Assembly (NCBI GenBank): GCA_964514975.1
Contig: CAZESS010000001.1
Coordinates: 3,736-67,735 of the forward strand
Source: an uncultured Thermoplasmatales archaeon
GTDB taxonomy: Archaea > Thermoplasmatota > E2 > UBA202 > DSCA01
Length of the DNA stretch: 64,000 bases
Reading direction: 5' to 3'
In this document: piece by piece, positions 49,836 through 59,968 of the stretch
Position numbering within the stretch: the stretch's first letter is position 1
Layout of the letters: every line of letters begins with the position of its first letter
The notes under the pieces: generated by a model
The model's database searches: none
What the model was told of the DNA's origin: nothing
The model's input: the letters and a program-made list of their open reading frames with translations, nothing else
Program-made: the position numbers and the translations under genes

Positions 49836-50720
49836 TCAGGTGTGATGCTTGTAGGCGACGAACGGGCAGAAGCCGATGGCCGGCACGAGGCAGAAAATGA
49901 TGCCGGTGAATCCAAACGTTATCGCCTCGATGGTTTCTCTACCATCCAGTTCTATGTGTTGTCCTCCGCCGCCAAATCCTCGTACCTCTATACCGCCGGC
50001 GCCTGGTGCGGGGCCGGGGTTGAGAGAGCGTCCAATGTTCCAGTGGCCAATGGTGGTTGGACATGGAATTAAGTCAACTGTCACCAATATCCCGAGCAGA
50101 ATGATTGGTATCCGCCATGCGTCTGGGAAAAGATTATGCAGCAAATCGGTGAGGGCCAGAATGGGAACTTTGACAGGGAATGTTGCCCCAATTCCTCCCC
50201 ACGCATGTAGATAACACATGGCTTTCGTGCGCCATCCGTTTTGCTCGAAGAGATGCGCCATCCCCGGCAATCGCTGCCCCCTAGCATGGTCGTGCGCCTT
50301 GCGGTATCCGCCGGTAATGAGTGACTTCACCCTCGATACCGACGTGTCTCCCAGCAAACCATTTTCCTTCAGTTTGCGAAGGAATGTATCAATGATGTGG
50401 TGCGCTTCCCGTTTTCCTTCAGCCGAGGCCTGTACCATATGCAACGTTTGAACTGCCTTCCGTGTCTGGTTGAGCGTCGAATACAACGTTTTTACTGTCT
50501 CGACGGGTAGTTCCCTTGTTATCTCTCTGATGCCATCCAGCGTGTGAATCTCCACTGGCACCTCAACCATCTTTGTATCGGTGTAGGTTTCTCCTCCTGC
50601 AACGGGCGGCCCATCCCCCTGCTCGGTCAACGCCTTCTGCTGGCTGCCGACCACGGGAACCACCGATGCCGCCATCAGGATGACAATGGCGGCCACTGCA
50701 AATTCCATCCTCCCGTTCAT
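49836..50720 (-). CDS. Secreted hypothetical protein
   Basis: 294-aa ORF with N-terminal signal peptide; no family recognised. Confidence 0.65.
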   Translation of the reverse strand: MNGRMEFAVAAIVILMAASVVPVVGSQQKALTEQGDGPPVAGGETYTDTKMVEVPVEIHTLDGIREITRELPVETVKTLYSTLNQTRKAVQTLHMVQASAEGKREAHHIIDTFLRKLKENGLLGDTSVSRVKSLITGGYRKAHDHARGQRLPGMAHLFEQNGWRTKAMCYLHAWGGIGATFPVKVPILALTDLLHNLFPDAWRIPIILLGILVTVDLIPCPTTIGHWNIGRSLNPGPAPGAGGIEVRGFGGGGQHIELDGRETIEAITFGFTGIIFCLVPAIGFCPFVAYKHHT

Positions 50721-50902
50721 GGTATCATATCATCACCCACCGCGCGTATATAGGTTTCTTTTTCGTTCGGTTCCACGCCAGTATAAAAACCGTTGTCTAT
50801 TGTGTCTGAAATTGGAGAATGTCGGCGATGCCGTCGAAAGCACCCGGCAGGATACTGAGATGATACCCCGGCAGCTATATATACGCCGGGCGGAATAGCT
50901 GC

Positions 50903-53623
50903 ATGAGGCACATGAGAACCATACATGTATTTTTCGTCGTTGCGGTGCTGACGATGGCCCCGATTTTATCACTGACATTTCACGTGCTGCCTGCTGCGGC
51001 CGTCAACCCGGCGACGGGCCAACAGGTCACCGCCTACGGTGCATTTGCTATCAACTGGCAGTCAATGAAAAACAACCTTGCATCCAAGGGATTTACCGGT
51101 CCGTCATTTTCGAACAGCACGAACACACTACAGTTCATATTCAACACGTCTGGCGGCCCGGTTACCGGGCAGGGTACCGTGGCATGGACCGGCACAGGCA
51201 CTGGCACCAACTATACCTGGGATGGGCACTCACAGCGAACCTATACTTTTTCAGGCACGTATCACTCCCAATCAGGTTATTTTGGCGGGACTGGCACATG
51301 GGGCGTACAGGATAGCATCACGGTTCACTTTGCCGGTGGGGATGAAACATATCCTGGCTCTACATCCCAGAGTTTCACTTGGGATGCCGTCGCCGATGCC
51401 ACCGGACACATGCAGGGCAACATCACCATGCAGGGCGTCCAGGCCATGAAGTTCTCCGCCCAGTTCACCCCGCAGCCGCTTGCCGTGCAAAGCGACGTGG
51501 CTGGTGTCGTCGCCGACGGCTCGTCCAGCGCCGCCATAACGGTCACGCTCCCTGCCGCCGGGGATGCAACGGTCACGCTGACCGACGGGGCAGCCGCGAT
51601 GTCCACATCGGCGTCAGGCGGCCTGGCCACGTTTACCTACGTGCCCGATCCGGAGCAGCTCGGTATCCCCCTGGTGGACATCCCCGCCGCCGGCACTGAG
51701 ATAACGCTCACCGCTGCAACGTCCGATGGTGCCACTGGCAACGCAACGTTGCGCATCTTCCGGCCGCCGGTGCTGCTCGTCCACGGCCTCTGGTCGGGCA
51801 GCCACATGTGGGACAAGATGGTGCAGCGGCTGGCCGCCGACGGCTTCACCGTCTACACCGTCGACTATCCCAACGTGGACTCGCCCGCCCGCATCGCCAT
51901 CATGGAGTTCGCCGGCAAGATACAGACCATCCGGCAGGAATACCTCGCGCAGGGCATCAACGCCTCATCGGTGGATGTCATCGGGCACAGCATGGGCGGC
52001 GTCGTCGCCCGGCATTACATCAACCAATATCAGGGCGGTCCCGACGTTGACATTAACACCCTCATCACGGTGGGCACACCGCACAGGGGAAGCCCCTGGC
52101 CGCAGATATACTATGGCTGGGTGAACGCCCGCTCGAACCTCGAGATGGGGCTGCTCCTCGCCCAGCATTATCTGCCCGAGGGCTCGATGGGCAAGATGGG
52201 TCCCGCGCTGGTCGACCTGATGCCCGACAGCGGCTTCCTCCGGCAGCTCAACAGCCAGCCGCTCAACCCGCACGTGGACTACTATGCCATCTGCGGGACC
52301 TACAACCTCCTCTCAAACATCTGCCTCCTCGACATCTACGACAACCTTGACGACTATGAACGAGCCGTCGTCGGGCAGACCCGTTTCAGGCAGCTCGTGC
52401 AGAGCATCGCGGGGGGCAGCGCGCAGACCATCCGGGGAGACGGCGTCGTCGAGCTGAGCAGCCAGCGTTTCGCTGAGCGGATATCGGAGGGCTACTATGT
52501 CAACGCCTGGCACTGCGGCGAGGGCGGCAACCGCGGCGTCTACGAGATATCCTCCCATCTTCTCACCGGCCGCAGACAAGAGATATCGCAGGCATACCGG
52601 CAGCCGTCGCTGCCCTCGATAAAGGTATCGTATTTCTATGCCACGTCGGATATGTTTGAGCTCATCCGGCTGGGCTACATCCAGGGTATTACCGACGACA
52701 CACTAACCGTGGGCGACACCGTCGAGCCGGGCGACAGCATCGACATCATGTATGACAGTTACAGCACCTGCAAGGATGACTACGCCTGGGTGAAGCTCCA
52801 GGTGACAGACCAGGGCGCCACGGCGGGCACCGTGTTCGTACGCCTCTGCTTTCCACGGGACGACTATGTCCGGCTGAAACCATTCGTCCGCATAGACATC
52901 CTCAGCCCGCAGAGCTTCCATGTCCACAATCCCTACGAGGGCGACGTCCAGGCTCGCATTGTCTACGGCGGGGCGATGTCGGTGGTCACCGACACCGGCC
53001 TGTTCACCAGCCCCGACCCCGACCTTGTGCTCTCCCTTGACGATGCAAACAACACACAGGTAGCTCTCCTGGAAGGCGAGGTGACCGCGTACGACGCATA
53101 CAACGGCAGCGCCGCGGTGCAGCCCGGGCAGATGGTTGAACTCCCGGGGGACGCACCGATGCAGCCCCCCGTAAGCCTGACGAGCTCGGACATGACGCGA
53201 TGGTGGGCAGCCGACCTGCAGGAGCACGTCCTGTGCACCTGGGTTGACGCGGCAGGGCAGCCTGACCAGGAGACGTCGTCCTTCACCATCGCCGACGCGG
53301 CGCATTCATTGCTTCGCCTGGAAAACGTGTCACATGGCGACGTCGTCACCTGGCAGTTCACCGGACCCGGGAATCTGTCCCATGAATCATCATATACGGC
53401 AGACTGGAGCGGCGAGGGATGGTGCTCGTCATGGGTCAACCTTTCCGATTATGGCAGCGAAGCCCGCGGCGACTGGACCCTCGATGTCATGATGAACCAG
53501 GAGCCGTTGGTCACCGCCGGATTCACCGTTGCCGATAAGTCGTCCACGCCGGCCTTCGAGCTGCTCCTCGGCCTGGTGGCCCTTATGATGCTGGCATTCA
53601 TCCGGAAAAAACGTGGCGTCTAG
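50903..53623 (+). CDS. Surface-anchored alpha/beta hydrolase (PGAP1/lipase-like) with Ig domains and PGF-CTERM-like anchor
   Basis: PVLLVHGLWS, GHSMGG, GTPHRGS and DGVV motifs; C-terminus TPAFELLLGLVALMMLAFIRKKR. Confidence 0.87.
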   Translation: MRHMRTIHVFFVVAVLTMAPILSLTFHVLPAAAVNPATGQQVTAYGAFAINWQSMKNNLASKGFTGPSFSNSTNTLQFIFNTSGGPVTGQGTVAWTGTGTGTNYTWDGHSQRTYTFSGTYHSQSGYFGGTGTWGVQDSITVHFAGGDETYPGSTSQSFTWDAVADATGHMQGNITMQGVQAMKFSAQFTPQPLAVQSDVAGVVADGSSSAAITVTLPAAGDATVTLTDGAAAMSTSASGGLATFTYVPDPEQLGIPLVDIPAAGTEITLTAATSDGATGNATLRIFRPPVLLVHGLWSGSHMWDKMVQRLAADGFTVYTVDYPNVDSPARIAIMEFAGKIQTIRQEYLAQGINASSVDVIGHSMGGVVARHYINQYQGGPDVDINTLITVGTPHRGSPWPQIYYGWVNARSNLEMGLLLAQHYLPEGSMGKMGPALVDLMPDSGFLRQLNSQPLNPHVDYYAICGTYNLLSNICLLDIYDNLDDYERAVVGQTRFRQLVQSIAGGSAQTIRGDGVVELSSQRFAERISEGYYVNAWHCGEGGNRGVYEISSHLLTGRRQEISQAYRQPSLPSIKVSYFYATSDMFELIRLGYIQGITDDTLTVGDTVEPGDSIDIMYDSYSTCKDDYAWVKLQVTDQGATAGTVFVRLCFPRDDYVRLKPFVRIDILSPQSFHVHNPYEGDVQARIVYGGAMSVVTDTGLFTSPDPDLVLSLDDANNTQVALLEGEVTAYDAYNGSAAVQPGQMVELPGDAPMQPPVSLTSSDMTRWWAADLQEHVLCTWVDAAGQPDQETSSFTIADAAHSLLRLENVSHGDVVTWQFTGPGNLSHESSYTADWSGEGWCSSWVNLSDYGSEARGDWTLDVMMNQEPLVTAGFTVADKSSTPAFELLLGLVALMMLAFIRKKRGV

Positions 53624-54087
53624 CCGTCATCGCTCAGTGCTTGAAGTGCTTGCTCCAGCTCCCGCCGGCCATCCCGTATGAACGGCGCGCCGTGGTGCAC
53701 ATTGAGCCGCCCCGTTTGCAGATTCGCCGTCCAGGAGACGGTGGCATGGGAGCGCGCAATGTCTCGCTTGTTCTTCGGCATCTCTTCGGGGGCAGTATCG
53801 CTGAACATGAACACGACGATGGCTCCCGCCGGGAACAGCGGCGGTGTTGCTGCCTCACTTGTCAGAGAGTGCGCCTGCTCTAATGTCTCCTGCATCTCTA
53901 TCCGGGATAGTGCATCACCGTCGACGAAAAAGAGGGCCACTCGAGTGTGCACGACCAACATGGATTTTTCTCGGGCCAGTATCATGTCGAATCGTGCCGG
54001 CGCCTCGTCGATGGTGCGCCATCCCTGCTTGGTGAGCCGCCGTGCTGCCTCACGGAGAAATCGGATGACGATGGCTGTCGACGCCAT
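53620..54087 (-). CDS. Hypothetical protein
   Basis: 155-aa ORF filling the gap downstream of aeRF1. Confidence 0.55.
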   Translation of the reverse strand: MASTAIVIRFLREAARRLTKQGWRTIDEAPARFDMILAREKSMLVVHTRVALFFVDGDALSRIEMQETLEQAHSLTSEAATPPLFPAGAIVVFMFSDTAPEEMPKNKRDIARSHATVSWTANLQTGRLNVHHGAPFIRDGRRELEQALQALSDDG

Positions 54088-54120
54088 GACGTGTATCCGT
54101 TGCTGCTTAAAAACCGTTTT

Positions 54121-55341
54121 CTATCGTATCTGGAAGCGGAGGATGCCTGCCACGCCGCCGAACGCGTCCAGCAGGATGCTGCCCTCCTCCGTTTCGTTGG
54201 AGATGATGGTGACCTCGGATGAGACCTCCTCGGCCATGTCGGCATATTCCTCGAGCATGTCCTTTTTTTCCTGGATGGTGACGGAGCCATCGCATTCCGG
54301 GCAGGAGAGCTCCTTGGGGTTTTTGACGATGTCCTCGCCGCTATAGCCGCATTCGTCGCAGGAAAACGTGACCTTGTACTTGCGGAGCTCGTCGGAGAGA
54401 ATGAGCTCGTCGACGGCGCCAATGGTCAGCGCTCGTTTGACTTCGTCTTCGCCGTAGACGGCCAGCCCTGAGCCGGTTTTGAGTTCGCGCATGAACCGGT
54501 TCATGACTTTTTTTTCTCGGATGATGTCCATTTCTTCGAGGTCGTCGATGGCCGTGTCGACGAGCTCTCCGAGCCCGAATTCGTCGGTGTAGCCCGTGTC
54601 GTAGATGCCGATGAGGCTGTCTTTGACCCGGTAGTCGAGGTAGTCCTTGTTGGCGAATGTCCGCTTGGTGGGGCCGGGGCCGCCGAGCAGGATGCCTCTG
54701 AGGTTCTCTTTGTTCAGGAACAGCTGCGAGGCTTTTTCCCCGGCTTTTTTGAACCATTCGTTGGCCGCGATTTCGATGAGCCGTTCGAATCGGCCGGCTG
54801 ACTGGCCGCCGCGGCTGTGTTTGCCGGGCACCCGGGAGGTCATGTAGGCGGCCATCTCGATGTTGTTGCCGTGGAGGAAGCCGATGGTGCATTCCCGCCG
54901 GTCGATGAGCAGCAAACCGTAGACGTCTTTTTCTTCCAGCATCTCCTTGAGCGGCTCGATGTAGAACGAGGAGTCGCAGCGGTACAGGTACATGGAGATG
55001 GGTATCGGCGGCTCGATTATCTCGGAGACCATCTCTGTCTTGTTGCCGTCCGTCTTGCCTTCGCCGACGAAGAAGACGACCCCGTTTTCCGGGGGCTGGT
55101 TGAAGTATTTGAGTCGGGACATGATGGACTCGATGGCGGAGAGCACGTTTTTCCGGGTCTGCTTGGACTTGATGTTGGAGGACTGCGAGTATTCGTCGCG
55201 CAGCTGCGCCGTGACGTCGGATATCTGCTTGTCCGGCGGTATGTAGAGCGAGATGAGCTCGGTGTGCTGCCCTGATACCTGCTCGAGCTCTTCGAGCTGC
55301 CGTTTGAATCGATATTTTTCCGCCGGTGAGAGGCGCTGCAT
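54121..55341 (-). CDS. prf1: Peptide chain release factor aRF1
   Basis: TELISLYIP, NIKS, YRCDS, GGQSAGRF and AFGGVAGILRF motifs. Confidence 0.97.
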   Translation of the reverse strand: MQRLSPAEKYRFKRQLEELEQVSGQHTELISLYIPPDKQISDVTAQLRDEYSQSSNIKSKQTRKNVLSAIESIMSRLKYFNQPPENGVVFFVGEGKTDGNKTEMVSEIIEPPIPISMYLYRCDSSFYIEPLKEMLEEKDVYGLLLIDRRECTIGFLHGNNIEMAAYMTSRVPGKHSRGGQSAGRFERLIEIAANEWFKKAGEKASQLFLNKENLRGILLGGPGPTKRTFANKDYLDYRVKDSLIGIYDTGYTDEFGLGELVDTAIDDLEEMDIIREKKVMNRFMRELKTGSGLAVYGEDEVKRALTIGAVDELILSDELRKYKVTFSCDECGYSGEDIVKNPKELSCPECDGSVTIQEKKDMLEEYADMAEEVSSEVTIISNETEEGSILLDAFGGVAGILRFQIR

Positions 55342-55493
55342 GCCCGGCAAATCCCGCCCTCTTTTTAAACTTTGGGCATCGCCCTCTGGCAGAAGGCCGG
55401 CCATGTCGACGCCCGGTCCTTGTTCAATTTGGTTTAAACCAACTTAAACTCCGGTTTAAAATAAATGTTTTAATATGCCATCGATACAGCAGT

Positions 55494-56861
55494 GTGGACG
55501 GAACACCTGCTTTTACCCAGTACATACAGTCGTTCAATCAATGCCTGCAAAAATACATCGTGCCGGAGCCCTGGACACCCGCCGAGGAGGCGCTCATCCG
55601 GCCGGACAACCTGTTCGACGTTCCATCCGGGGAGGCTGACACCATGCGCATCAGAGCGATCCGGCATGCCTTCCAGCACCACTATGACAACAACCCATTC
55701 TACCGGAACTTTTGCCGGGACAGCGGGATGGCCCCTGAGATGCTCACGGACATGGACGACCTCGCCCGGATACCGCTCATCCCGGACACGTTTTTCAAGG
55801 AATACCCGGAGGGCGCGGACTTCGCCCGCTGGATAACCAGCCTGTACACCGGCCAGCTGCCCCCGGTGACCATCACCAGGCGGGAGCCCTCCTATGACGA
55901 CGTCATCAGCGCTCTCAACGAGGCTGGTATGCACATTGCCTACAGCAGCGGCACCAGCGGCCGACATACCTTCATCCCCCGCGACCAGCGGACCTTCTAT
56001 GCCTCCGAGTATGCCATCGCCAAGTCGGTCATCAGCATGATATATCCCTTCTGGCAGCACGACATGGACGGCTACCTGATGATGCCCAGCCCGCTCAAAA
56101 CAAACGTCTACGCGGGCAAGGTCTGCACCATGTATTTCGACGCCATCGAAAACGTCGAGGTTGCCATCGACCGCGACCTCCCGGCCGACCTCATCCAGCA
56201 GGTCATGCAGGACGGCGTCAAGAGCAGGCTCATCAGGTTCGCCATCCGGCGGGAGAACAAAAAGATGGTGGACCGCATCATCAGATGGCTCCGCCAGCGG
56301 GAGCAGAGCGACCGCAAGATCACAATGGCCGGCCTGCCGTTCATCCTGCACTTCGTCATGGAACGCCTCGAGCAAACCGGCGAGACATTCGACTTCGGGG
56401 AGCGAGGCGCCATCGCCACCGGCGGCGGCTGGAAGATATACGAAAACAGCCGGATGCCCGTGGAGGACTTCCGCAGGCGCGTCGAGGAGCTCCTGGGCAT
56501 TCCATCCCACCGCTGTCTCGACGTGTACGGCATGGTCGAGGGCAACGGCTGGATGGTCCACTGCCCCGAAGGACACTACTTCCATGTTCCCCATTCCTAT
56601 TTCCATCCGTTGATTCTCGACGAGACATATGAACCCGTCGGCCCTGGCGAATGGGGCCGGTTTGCATTCCTCGACCCGCTGGCGACGAGCTACCCGGGAT
56701 TCATCATGACCGGCGACCGCGTCCGCCTCCTCGAGCACTGCCCCGTCTGCGAGCGCCCCGGACCCGTCCTGGAACCCGAGATACAGCGCATCGAGGGGGC
56801 AGAGATGCGGGGATGCGCCGAGGAAATGCGCCGGGTGCTCGCCGTCGACCTTGGAGGATAA
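55494..56861 (+). CDS. LuxE-like acyl-protein synthetase (ANL superfamily)
   Basis: SSGTSG, TGGGWK, DVYGMVE, SYPGFIMTGD and C-terminal RGC motifs; start uncertain (GTG chosen). Confidence 0.85.
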   Translation: MDGTPAFTQYIQSFNQCLQKYIVPEPWTPAEEALIRPDNLFDVPSGEADTMRIRAIRHAFQHHYDNNPFYRNFCRDSGMAPEMLTDMDDLARIPLIPDTFFKEYPEGADFARWITSLYTGQLPPVTITRREPSYDDVISALNEAGMHIAYSSGTSGRHTFIPRDQRTFYASEYAIAKSVISMIYPFWQHDMDGYLMMPSPLKTNVYAGKVCTMYFDAIENVEVAIDRDLPADLIQQVMQDGVKSRLIRFAIRRENKKMVDRIIRWLRQREQSDRKITMAGLPFILHFVMERLEQTGETFDFGERGAIATGGGWKIYENSRMPVEDFRRRVEELLGIPSHRCLDVYGMVEGNGWMVHCPEGHYFHVPHSYFHPLILDETYEPVGPGEWGRFAFLDPLATSYPGFIMTGDRVRLLEHCPVCERPGPVLEPEIQRIEGAEMRGCAEEMRRVLAVDLGG

Positions 56862-56863
56862 CC

Positions 56864-57844
56864 ATGACAGGATTACATGAAATGAAGGAACGAGGGTACA
56901 TCCCGCAGCGAACCTACCTCAAGCTCATGCTCGGCGGCGCCCTTTCGCTCACCAAGACATTGCTCACCAACCTGCGGGCGCTCAAAAAAGTCCGCAACAT
57001 GGGGCCGGGGGAGCTCCGCTACGAGCGGCCACCGCGCTCCTATGACATCCCGGGCTACCGGGAGACCATGGAGCACTGTATATCCGACGAGAAATATCTC
57101 CGCCCGACCCTGTACTGCAATCCATGCCACTCGGACATCGTTGCCATGGCGCACGAGCTCGGTGCTTTCCGGCTGTCCGACAGCGAATATGCGGAGGCGG
57201 CCTTCGAGTTCGTGAAACGCAACGTCACCCTCGAGATACTGCCGATGGACGGCGTGGAGGCGACGCTGTGGCGGGGGACGGGCACCTGCTTCCATCAGAT
57301 ATCGCTGTTCATCGCGCTCTGCCGCGCCGCCGGCATCAAAACCCGCTACAAGATGTTCGCCATGAACATGATAAAGGCCTGGTATGATGCCACCATCGAC
57401 GTGGATCCGCTCATCAAAAAATGGTATGACTCGATGGGCTATTTCATGATAGAAGGCGAGGGCGAGGCATACATCGACGGCGAATGGACGGTCGCCCATG
57501 TCGGGCCGACGCCCGAGCGTCAGGCAGCCGCCGGTATCCCGATAACGAGGTTCGGCGAGGACTCCCTGGGCAAATGGTTCTTCGCGCTCCCCGGCACCAT
57601 CATGCGGATGGAGTCCATCCCCTACGGCCTGGGCGGCGTCACTGGACTGCTCAAAAAAATCGCTCCGGGCTCGATGGAGCGCGTCAACGCCAGCATCCAG
57701 CGGCAGATACGGCATGGTCGCGACATCCTGGAGGAGGCAGGCGGCGAACGGGCCTATGACCTCCGGGCAAGGAAAAAAAAGGCACCTAAAATGCCCAGGA
57801 TAGAGCTGGAAGAGGAAACACCGATAACGTTCACCGCCGGCTAG
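56864..57844 (+). CDS. Transglutaminase-like domain protein with atypical triad
   Basis: YLRPTLYC, AFEFVK, GTCFHQISLFIALCRAAGIKTRY and EAYIDGEW motifs. Confidence 0.85.
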   Translation: MTGLHEMKERGYIPQRTYLKLMLGGALSLTKTLLTNLRALKKVRNMGPGELRYERPPRSYDIPGYRETMEHCISDEKYLRPTLYCNPCHSDIVAMAHELGAFRLSDSEYAEAAFEFVKRNVTLEILPMDGVEATLWRGTGTCFHQISLFIALCRAAGIKTRYKMFAMNMIKAWYDATIDVDPLIKKWYDSMGYFMIEGEGEAYIDGEWTVAHVGPTPERQAAAGIPITRFGEDSLGKWFFALPGTIMRMESIPYGLGGVTGLLKKIAPGSMERVNASIQRQIRHGRDILEEAGGERAYDLRARKKKAPKMPRIELEEETPITFTAG

Positions 57845-57848
57845 CGGG

Positions 57849-58766
57849 CTACCAGCCGCGCTCCTGCAGCCGCTCCCCCTCGGGGATCTGGTCGATGTTG
57901 GTGCCCGCCATCGCCTTGCCGAGCCCACGGGAGATCTCCGCGATGACCTCGGGCTCGTCGAAATGCGTCACCGCCTCGACGATGGCCTTCCCCATTTTCA
58001 TGGGATTCGCGGACTTGAACACGCCGGAGCCGACGAACACGCCGTCGTTGCCAAGCTGCATCATCAACGCCGCGTCAGATGGCGTCGCGATGCCCCCGGC
58101 GGCGAAGTCGACGACGGGCAGCCGCTGCCGCTCCGCGACCTCTCGCACAAGATCAAATGGTGCCTCTATCTTCCGGGCGACGTCCATGAGCTCGCTGTCC
58201 TCTTTTTCCCTGAGCTCCCTGATCTGCCGCAAAATGAGCCGGCGGTGGCGGACCGCCTCTATAATGTTGCCCGTCCCTGCTTCGCCCTTCGTCCGGATCA
58301 TCGCCGCGCCCTCATGGATGCGCCGCAACGCCTCGCCCAGGTTGCGGGCGCCGCAGACAAACGGGGTATCAAAATCATGTTTCCAGACATGCTGGAACGG
58401 GTCAGCCGGGGTGAGCACCTCGCTCTCATCGATCATGTCGACACCCAGGCTCTCCAGCACCCTGGCCTCCGCGATGTGACCGATGCGGCATTTCGCCATC
58501 ACCGGAATCGAAACAGCTTCCATGATCTCCTGCACGATCTTGGGGTCAGCCATCCGGGCGACGCCTCCCGCTGTGCGAATGTCGGCGGGCACCCGCTCGA
58601 GCGCCATCACCGCGACAGCACCGGCATCCTCGGCCGTGATAGCCTCCTTCGGCGTGGTGACATCCATGACGACGCCGCCCTTCTGCATCTTCGCGAAGCC
58701 GCGCTTGATGAGCTCGGTGCCATAGGAAAGTCCTTCAAGGTCAAGGTCAAGGGACATGGGTGGCAT
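57849..58766 (-). CDS. pdxS: Pyridoxal 5'-phosphate synthase subunit PdxS
   Basis: [36 protein letters not shown] and C-terminal QERGW motifs. Confidence 0.97.
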   Translation of the reverse strand: MPPMSLDLDLEGLSYGTELIKRGFAKMQKGGVVMDVTTPKEAITAEDAGAVAVMALERVPADIRTAGGVARMADPKIVQEIMEAVSIPVMAKCRIGHIAEARVLESLGVDMIDESEVLTPADPFQHVWKHDFDTPFVCGARNLGEALRRIHEGAAMIRTKGEAGTGNIIEAVRHRRLILRQIRELREKEDSELMDVARKIEAPFDLVREVAERQRLPVVDFAAGGIATPSDAALMMQLGNDGVFVGSGVFKSANPMKMGKAIVEAVTHFDEPEVIAEISRGLGKAMAGTNIDQIPEGERLQERGW

Positions 58767-58868
58767 ATTGCCCCGGCATTTTATAAATTTTGCGTAGACG
58801 GGCTGACGCTGCCCCTGCCACCTGAATATATAAATAATGGCATCTCCTACTCTTTACACATCGATACC

Positions 58869-59588
58869 ATGAGTGATATGCTACAAAAAATCAGTTTCGT
58901 CATCCCCACCCTCAACGAGGAGGCGGGCATCGGCCCGACCATCGACAGCATCGACCGCACGGCGTATGAGCAGCGGGGCCTGGACATCGAAGTCCTGGTC
59001 GTCGACGGCGCCTCGACTGACAGGACGAGGGAGATCGCCGAAGAAAAAGGCGCCCGCGTCATCCTGGAAAAACGCAAAGGCTATGGCCGCGCCTACAAGA
59101 CCGGCATGCCCGAAGCCACTGGCGACATCATCATCACCGGGGACGCCGACGGCACCTACCCGTTCCATCTCACCCATGAATACGTCGACATCCTCCTCGA
59201 CGACAACCTCGACTTCATCACCACCAACCGCTTCGCCGACCTGGGCATGGAGTCAATGAGCGCCAAACATTTCCTGGGCAACTTCATGCTCTCCACCACG
59301 CTCCGCTTGCTCTACTGGGTCGGCGTCCGGGACTCACAGAGCGGCATGTGGATATTCCGCAAAAAAGCGCTCGACCGGCTGCCCAAGCCCCTGCAGGTGT
59401 TCAACGACGGGATGCCCTTCAGCGAGGAAATCAAGATAGAGATGTTCCGCTGCCCCGAGGTCAGGGCACGGGAGATCCCATCTGAGCTATATGCCCGGAA
59501 GGGCGAAGCCAAGATAGAATCGTTCAGCGACGGCTGGAAAAACTTCAAGTTCCTCTTTGTCAACAGGTGCCGCACATGGACCCGTTGA
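58869..59588 (+). CDS. Glycosyltransferase family 2 (Dol-P-Man synthase-like)
   Basis: IPTLNEE, VVDGASTDRT, GYGRA, DADGTY and DSQSG motifs. Confidence 0.9.
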   Translation: MSDMLQKISFVIPTLNEEAGIGPTIDSIDRTAYEQRGLDIEVLVVDGASTDRTREIAEEKGARVILEKRKGYGRAYKTGMPEATGDIIITGDADGTYPFHLTHEYVDILLDDNLDFITTNRFADLGMESMSAKHFLGNFMLSTTLRLLYWVGVRDSQSGMWIFRKKALDRLPKPLQVFNDGMPFSEEIKIEMFRCPEVRAREIPSELYARKGEAKIESFSDGWKNFKFLFVNRCRTWTR

Positions 59589-59968
59589 TGCTCGCATGGA
59601 TATTCGTCATCGGCCTCCTCATCGGCTTCCTCGCCGGCGTCGCCATCATCTACCGGCGCGGCGTCAAGCCATGGAAAGAGGAGGCGCAGGAGGCCAGGCA
59701 CCGCAAGCGCTCGCTGTCCACCACCTACGGCAAAATCACCGAACAGTTCGCACCCTTCATGGACCGATATCCCTACAACGCAAAGCATTTCAGGTTCATC
59801 GGCTCTCCCATAGACGGCATACAGTTCACCGACGACGCCATCTACCTCGTCGAAATCAAGAGCGCCGGCAGCCAGCTCACGGCCAGACAGCGCAACATCC
59901 GGCAGCTCGTCGAAGATGGCCACGTGTTCTGGTACACGTTCGAGGTGAACGATGGGCGTCAACCTTAA
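59576..59968 (+). CDS. Membrane-anchored Holliday junction resolvase-like endonuclease
   Basis: N-terminal TM; GKITEQFAPF, FIGSPID, VEIKS and QLTARQ motifs. Confidence 0.8.
   Translation: MDPLMLAWIFVIGLLIGFLAGVAIIYRRGVKPWKEEAQEARHRKRSLSTTYGKITEQFAPFMDRYPYNAKHFRFIGSPIDGIQFTDDAIYLVEIKSAGSQLTARQRNIRQLVEDGHVFWYTFEVNDGRQP

Noticed and set aside
55494-56861. Bioluminescence operon
   Set aside because: No luxA/B/C/D is nearby, and LuxE-like ligases occur widely outside luminescence.
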